Shown in pieces: positions 58,869 through 64,000 of a stretch of 64,000 nucleotides of DNA; positions within the stretch are counted from its first letter, which is position 1, and every line of letters begins with the position of its first letter. The notes under the pieces were generated by a model. The model was not told the DNA's origin, searched no databases, and worked only from the letters and a program-made list of their open reading frames with translations. The DNA lies in NCBI GenBank assembly GCA_963668175.1, contig OY764159.1, positions 192,001 to 256,000 on the forward strand, given 5' to 3'. The position numbers and the translations under genes are program-made. The DNA is from Syntrophales bacterium (GTDB taxonomy: Bacteria; Desulfobacterota; Syntrophia; Syntrophales; PHBD01).

Positions 58869-60062
58869 TTACTTCTTCCAGAGCGGATCCGCGGGACCCC
58901 ATTTTTCAGGCAGAATCGCTTCCGCCGACCAATCGGGCGGGATTCTCTGACCGGGTTTCTCACCGGCTTTTTCCACCAATTTCTTCAGGCCCGGACGGGC
59001 AAATTTCATATGACCCGCCTTCTGGGTACGGCCGTTGTAAATGGCTTCCGAACGGAGCCGTTTGTTCATCGTCTTTTCCATCTTTTTGCCCAGCCAAAGG
59101 ACGCGATCCACATCGTAACCGTGCTCGATGCCCAGTTCGTCGATCTGAACCAGCAGGTCTTCCATGGTGACCAATCCCACGAAGCGGGGATCGTCGTAAT
59201 AATACTCGCCCGTGCCCCTGATCGGACAATCATCGAGGAAGTTGGCCGGCTGGCCGCCCAGGCCGCCCAGCGTCGCTTCAAACCGGGTAATACCGGCATG
59301 AAGGGCCGCCAGGATCGACGAAGACGCGATGCGTTTCGTCTCATGGAGATGGCAAAGATGGGCTTCCGGGTTCGGCATGGCATCCATGACCATCGAGAAA
59401 TAACGATAAACGTCGGCGGCATTTGCCGAGCCGTCATGGTCGGCATGTTCGATGTCGTGGGCACCGATCGAGAACCAGCGCTTGGTGAACTCTACGGCGT
59501 CCTCCAGCTTGGTGGCGCCGCTGATCGGGCTTCCCCAGATCGTGCTAACAGTACCGACCATCTTGATGCCCATATCGCGGGCCTTCTTGATACAGCGCTC
59601 GGCTTCACGCCAGTACTGGGTAAGGGTCGTCCCCGAATTGGCGAAGTGGTGCTCCGGGTCCGTCGAGACCATCATGAGAATGCGGTCGGGACCATAACCT
59701 TGTTTCTTCATCTCAATGGCGCGATCCACCGCTGTTTCACGAATCGTGACACACGTCAGGCAAACATCCTTAAAGATGTCAATGCCAGCCCGGCTGCAAC
59801 GCTTCGCGAACTCATCGTTCCGCATGGCCTTCATGACCAGATCGGCATCCTTAAACTGAGGGGTTGTGGTCGCACTTCCCAGGTTCGTCACTTCCAACTC
59901 CCGGCAACCCGCCAGGATCATTTCCTGCCCGTAAAAGATCTTCGCGTCCGTGGAGATGAACTTCTCCTCGTGCTGGAAACCGTCACGGATGGTAATGTCG
60001 CCGATGGAAACTTTCTTCGGCATTCTGGGGAAAATTTTCCAATAATCATACTCTGTCGCCAT
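58869..60062 (-). CDS. HMG-CoA lyase-like protein (DRE-TIM family)
   Basis: DITIRDGFQHE, HLHET and TLGGLGG motifs; operon context. Confidence 0.8.
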   Translation of the reverse strand: MATEYDYWKIFPRMPKKVSIGDITIRDGFQHEEKFISTDAKIFYGQEMILAGCRELEVTNLGSATTTPQFKDADLVMKAMRNDEFAKRCSRAGIDIFKDVCLTCVTIRETAVDRAIEMKKQGYGPDRILMMVSTDPEHHFANSGTTLTQYWREAERCIKKARDMGIKMVGTVSTIWGSPISGATKLEDAVEFTKRWFSIGAHDIEHADHDGSANAADVYRYFSMVMDAMPNPEAHLCHLHETKRIASSSILAALHAGITRFEATLGGLGGQPANFLDDCPIRGTGEYYYDDPRFVGLVTMEDLLVQIDELGIEHGYDVDRVLWLGKKMEKTMNKRLRSEAIYNGRTQKAGHMKFARPGLKKLVEKAGEKPGQRIPPDWSAEAILPEKWGPADPLWKK

Positions 60063-60157
60063 AACTACGTCCTCCTTAGAATAAATTTGTTTAATAAGAA
60101 TTTTCCCTCCTCCGGCGGCAGGGAAGGGGAGGGAAAACTTTATTGTGATGGTTGCTC

Positions 60158-60958
60158 TTACTCGCCTTTAAAGACGGGCTTCCGCTTTTCCGCAAAGGCC
60201 GCAAGGGCTTCCAGACGGTCCTTTGTCGGGATGGTGACCTCGTAGGCCTTAGATTCCAGAGGCAACGCCACACCAAGACTCGCCTCCGTACCGTAATTAA
60301 GCACAAATTTTGCCTGGGCAACGCCTATGGGGCCGTTCTTGGCAATCTCCCTCGCCAATTCCAATGCGGCATCCATAAGCTTATCGGGCTCGACAACCTT
60401 GCTGACCAGACCGATCTCCAGCGCCGTCTGGGCGTTGATTCTTCTCGCCGTATAGATGAGTTCCTTGGCTTTCGCCATACCGACGATCCTCGGCAGTCTC
60501 TGCGTGCCGCCGGCACCGGGAATGATCGCCAAACTCGTTTCGGTAAGACCCATCAAGACGTTCGAGGATGCAATGCGAATATCGCAGGCCAGGGCTATTT
60601 CCGTGCCGCCGCCGAAAGCGAAACCATTGATGGCGGCGATGACGGGAACGCGAACCTGCTCGACGGCCGTGAATGTGTTGCGAATCGTGAAAATGAAGCG
60701 GCGGACCTGGTCCTGGGTCAGGGTTCTTCTCTCCTTGAGGTCGGCCCCAGTGGAGAAAGACCATTTCTTCGGATCGTCGCCCGCTTTTGCCCCAGTAATG
60801 ATGATGCAGCGGAGATCGTTATCGAAATTGGCTTCCTTGATCGTTTCCGCCAGCACAGCCAACAGATCGAAATTAAAGCAGTTCATGGCATCGGGGCGAT
60901 TCAACGTGAGAATCAGGATGCCATCCTCTGTTCTTTCCTTCAACAAGACATCGGACAT
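60158..60958 (-). CDS. Enoyl-CoA hydratase, probable methylglutaconyl-CoA hydratase
   Basis: FSTGADLKER, AFGGGTE and ETSLAIIPGAGGTQRL motifs. Confidence 0.85.
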   Translation of the reverse strand: MSDVLLKERTEDGILILTLNRPDAMNCFNFDLLAVLAETIKEANFDNDLRCIIITGAKAGDDPKKWSFSTGADLKERRTLTQDQVRRFIFTIRNTFTAVEQVRVPVIAAINGFAFGGGTEIALACDIRIASSNVLMGLTETSLAIIPGAGGTQRLPRIVGMAKAKELIYTARRINAQTALEIGLVSKVVEPDKLMDAALELAREIAKNGPIGVAQAKFVLNYGTEASLGVALPLESKAYEVTIPTKDRLEALAAFAEKRKPVFKGE

Positions 60959-60991
60959 ACTTCTCCTCCTCCCTGGATTGAAAACCGGATT

Positions 60992-62668
60992 TTAAACCTT
61001 TAGATCGCCCCAATCGGACTTCTTCATCGGAACGCGCAGCGCGATTTCAAACGCCCGGGCTATCTTATCCCTGGCTTCGCTGAACGCGACGACGCCGTCA
61101 TGGAACAGGAGGGATCCGGTATAGAAAGGATGACCTTCGGAATCGTACCGGTCTCTCATCATCTGGCGGAATTGGGCCATTTCTTCCTCATTGACCGTGC
61201 CACCCTTGTCGACGATGTTCTTGCGGCGGACCGTCTCAACGATGAAACCGGCCGTCTCACCGGACATAACGGTGGTGCGTCCTCTCATGTTTGTGAAGGC
61301 AAACCGGGGTTTGAAGGCACGGCCGCACATACCGTAGTTGGCAGCGCCGTGGTCCGGACCGATGACGTAGGTAATCTTTGGCGTATCGAGGCATGTACAG
61401 GCACGGACCATGTCGGAACCGTATTTACCGATACCGCCCCACTCTTCGGCCTTACCGACCATGTAGCCGGGCGAACCCTGGAGGAAGAGGACGGGAAGCT
61501 TGGAATTGCCGCAGCGGATCATCCATTCCGTCGCCTTCCGGGCCGCGTCGATATAAATGACGCCGCTGGCATTGGAGGCGATGACACCCACGGGGATTCC
61601 CTTCATCCACATCTTGCCGGCGATGATCGAATCACCGCGGCCGGGACCGTAGGTGGGTTTATATTCATGGAAGTAGCTGTCATCAGCCAGACACTTAATG
61701 GTGTCTTTGATGTTGATGTATTGATAAGTATCGGTGGGAGTGGCACTCATCATTTCTTTGAAATCGAATTTCGGTGCCCGCGTTTCCCGCCGGTCGATAT
61801 AGAGACCCTGGCGCGGCTCGAATTCCATCATGGCGCGGAGCTTCGCGATACCCTCTTCCTGGGTCCTGACAAAGTGATCGCATCCACCCGAATGCTGCGT
61901 ATGGACATAAGCACCGCCGAGGTCTTCCGGGGAGACCGTCTCGCCGATGGCCGACTTCACCATCGGGGGCCCCGCCAGGAAGGCATAGGCCATCTTTTCG
62001 ATCATGATGGATTCGCTCGCCAGATAGACGATGTAGGCGCCGCCGGCCGTGTTGCCGCCCGTGGACAGCGTATACTGCCGGATACCCTTGGCCGACATGC
62101 GGCACATGTTGTAGAACATGCTGCCGAAATGGCCGTCGTCGGCGAAGCAGCCGAGCTGGAGGGGCAGGTTGATTCCGCCCGAGTCGGCGATGTAGATGCA
62201 GGGCAGTTCCGACTGTTCGGCAATCGCCTGCGCCCGCATATGTTTTTTCAGTGTGATCGGGAAATACGTTCCCGCCGCGTAACGGTTTTCGTTCGCAAAA
62301 ATCATGCAGTCGACACCCATGACGGTCCCCACACCCGTCACGACCCCACCACCAGGGATATGACCGCGTTTTTCCGATTCGTAAATCTCACCACCGTACA
62401 GCTTCTTTTTGCCGATGTCGTAACCCGCGTCCAGACCCAATTCGAAGAACTCGGTCCCCGGATCGATCAACATCGAAATAAGCTCGCGCATGGGTTTTTT
62501 GTTCTGCTTGGCCAAACGTGCCACCTGATCGGCCCCGCCTATATTATAGGCCTCCTCACGGTGCTTGAGAAGAATGGCGTCCTGCTCTTCCCAGAACTTG
62601 AGATTCTTCTCCTTTTCCATTGCGAGTCTTTCCGCTCTTGTCAATTTTTTCTTTTCTTCTTCTGCCAT
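60992..62668 (-). CDS. Acyl-CoA carboxyltransferase (methylcrotonyl-CoA carboxylase beta-like)
   Basis: KKHMRAQAIA, DSGG.NLP.Q, TAGGAY, FLAGPPMVK and GAANYGMCGRAF motifs. Confidence 0.88.
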   Translation of the reverse strand: MAEEEKKKLTRAERLAMEKEKNLKFWEEQDAILLKHREEAYNIGGADQVARLAKQNKKPMRELISMLIDPGTEFFELGLDAGYDIGKKKLYGGEIYESEKRGHIPGGGVVTGVGTVMGVDCMIFANENRYAAGTYFPITLKKHMRAQAIAEQSELPCIYIADSGGINLPLQLGCFADDGHFGSMFYNMCRMSAKGIRQYTLSTGGNTAGGAYIVYLASESIMIEKMAYAFLAGPPMVKSAIGETVSPEDLGGAYVHTQHSGGCDHFVRTQEEGIAKLRAMMEFEPRQGLYIDRRETRAPKFDFKEMMSATPTDTYQYINIKDTIKCLADDSYFHEYKPTYGPGRGDSIIAGKMWMKGIPVGVIASNASGVIYIDAARKATEWMIRCGNSKLPVLFLQGSPGYMVGKAEEWGGIGKYGSDMVRACTCLDTPKITYVIGPDHGAANYGMCGRAFKPRFAFTNMRGRTTVMSGETAGFIVETVRRKNIVDKGGTVNEEEMAQFRQMMRDRYDSEGHPFYTGSLLFHDGVVAFSEARDKIARAFEIALRVPMKKSDWGDLKV

Positions 62669-63130
62669 GTTGTCCTCCTCATTAGAATAATGATAAAATG
62701 AACATGCGGCGGTTTTGTGAAAGAACAGGTCGTGCTGCGAGTAACGTCACTCGTTGGCTATTGGGGCGTAGGCATCGAGATATGTCGCAGGAAAAAAAAC
62801 AACCCACCTATGCTTTTCATCCCGCCGTTTCATTTTCATGCCTGAAAAAACAGAGCATCTGTATCTAATTGTTGTCTAAATATCAATTCCTTTTTTACGA
62901 TTGTGCAATAAAAAAGCCATACATATGATATTGCAGGTTTTATGCCTGTACAGACGGCCTTTTTCGGCCTCGTCGACGCATCATCAAAGGATCCGACGAC
63001 CTTGGATTATGCAGGGACTGAAGAGAGGGCATGGACGGATTTGTCCATGCCCATCCTTCTGACCAGATCAGCGGACAGTGGTTATAAATGAAATAATATG
63101 ATAGGTGATTTTTTTTATCGGAGGTAAGGC

Positions 63131-63931
63131 GTGGACAAAGAAGAATCGCGGGATACGGCAGGAGCTTTTGAAAAACTCCTTGAGCTGGTTACGAAATTGC
63201 GCGGCCCGGACGGCTGCCCCTGGGACAGGTCAAGAACGAAGGAGGAGATCGGACGCTATCTGATCGGGGAGGCCTACGAGGTCATCGACGCCATCGCAAC
63301 CGGTTCAAGGGACGGCTTGAAAGAAGAATTGGGCGATCTTCTTTTTCATATCATCTTTCTGGCCCGGATGGCGGAAGAGGACGGAACGTTCGAAATAACG
63401 GACGTCATGACGGCGATAACCGAGAAAATGATCCGCCGCCACCCCCATGTTTTCGGAAACGTAACTGTCCGAAATGTTGGTGATGTCAAAGACAATTGGG
63501 ATGAAATCAAGAAGGAGGAATATCTCCGCAAAGGGATAACGCCGGGTCTGCTGGACCGGGTACCCAGGTCGCTGCCGGCCCTCATGAAGGCCAAAGAAAT
63601 GACGGCCAAGGCGTCGCAAGTCGGCTTTGACTGGCAGAGGACCGAAGATGTTCTCTCCAAAGTCGAAGAGGAACTCGCCGAACTGAAAGCGGCGATTCTG
63701 GAAGGTCAAAAAAGCCGCGTTCAGGAGGAAACGGGAGATCTGCTCTTTTCTATCGTCAATTTAAGCCGTTTCACAGGCGTCGATGCCGAGGAGTCCCTTC
63801 AAGGCACAAACGCAAAATTTGCCAGGCGATTTGCCCACATTGAGGAACAGCTTCTCGGACAGGGAAAAACCCCGGCATCGGCAACCCTTGAAGAGATGGA
63901 CCGCCTCTGGGATGAATCGAAAGGCCGGTGA
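63131..63931 (+). CDS. mazG: Nucleoside triphosphate pyrophosphohydrolase MazG
   Basis: LRGPDGCPWD, EELGDLL, KMIRRHPHVFG and VGFDW motifs. Confidence 0.96.
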   Translation: MDKEESRDTAGAFEKLLELVTKLRGPDGCPWDRSRTKEEIGRYLIGEAYEVIDAIATGSRDGLKEELGDLLFHIIFLARMAEEDGTFEITDVMTAITEKMIRRHPHVFGNVTVRNVGDVKDNWDEIKKEEYLRKGITPGLLDRVPRSLPALMKAKEMTAKASQVGFDWQRTEDVLSKVEEELAELKAAILEGQKSRVQEETGDLLFSIVNLSRFTGVDAEESLQGTNAKFARRFAHIEEQLLGQGKTPASATLEEMDRLWDESKGR

Positions 63932-64000
63932 TCCGTCCATGCCTTTATCCGGACCATGTCGCCGAAATGTGTTACGAAGAACCCTTATCAGCAGTAAGGA

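Noticed and set aside
60101..60137. REP-like repeat family (hairpins here and at about 58816-58856)
   Set aside because: The hairpins share no sequence, so they are best read as ordinary intra-operon stem-loops.

Overview
This 64 kb window is bacterial chromosome. Gene content suggests an anaerobic, fatty-acid-degrading deltaproteobacterium (Syntrophales-like; inference). Core regions contain a four-subunit 2-oxoacid:ferredoxin oxidoreductase operon whose alpha and beta genes carry homopolymer frameshifts (probably read errors), waaA, rpe, a fatty acyl-CoA catabolic operon, clpS-clpA-aat, a GT2/DUF4922/DUF1460 trio, prmA-rsmE, a siroheme-dependent heme cluster (sirC-ccsA-hemA-hemC-cobA/hemD-ahbC-hemB-ahbD-ahbA), polA, a leucine/isovalerate-type carboxyltransferase-hydratase-HMG-CoA lyase-BCCP operon and mazG. 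There are four tRNAs: Ala-GGC, Leu-CAA, Sec-TCA and Phe-GAA. Two regions stand out. (1) At 12.8-19.4 kb is an expanded MglA/MglB small-GTPase operon. It has a near-identical duplicated cassette (atypical roadblock-like protein plus an uncharacterised ~60 aa protein), a DUF4388-roadblock fusion, and two acidic scaffold-like proteins with repeated amphipathic helices. (2) At 27.76-40.57 kb is a ~12.8 kb element integrated in the 3' end of tRNA-Sec. It has a 30 bp att repeat, arm-type repeats, a non-canonical tyrosine integrase, a serine recombinase, a RepA-like helicase with an iteron-like origin, a candidate virion-type protein and membrane/lipoprotein cargo, but no capsid or conjugation genes. 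It is a candidate phage satellite. Family assignments come from motif recognition by eye; no database searches were run.
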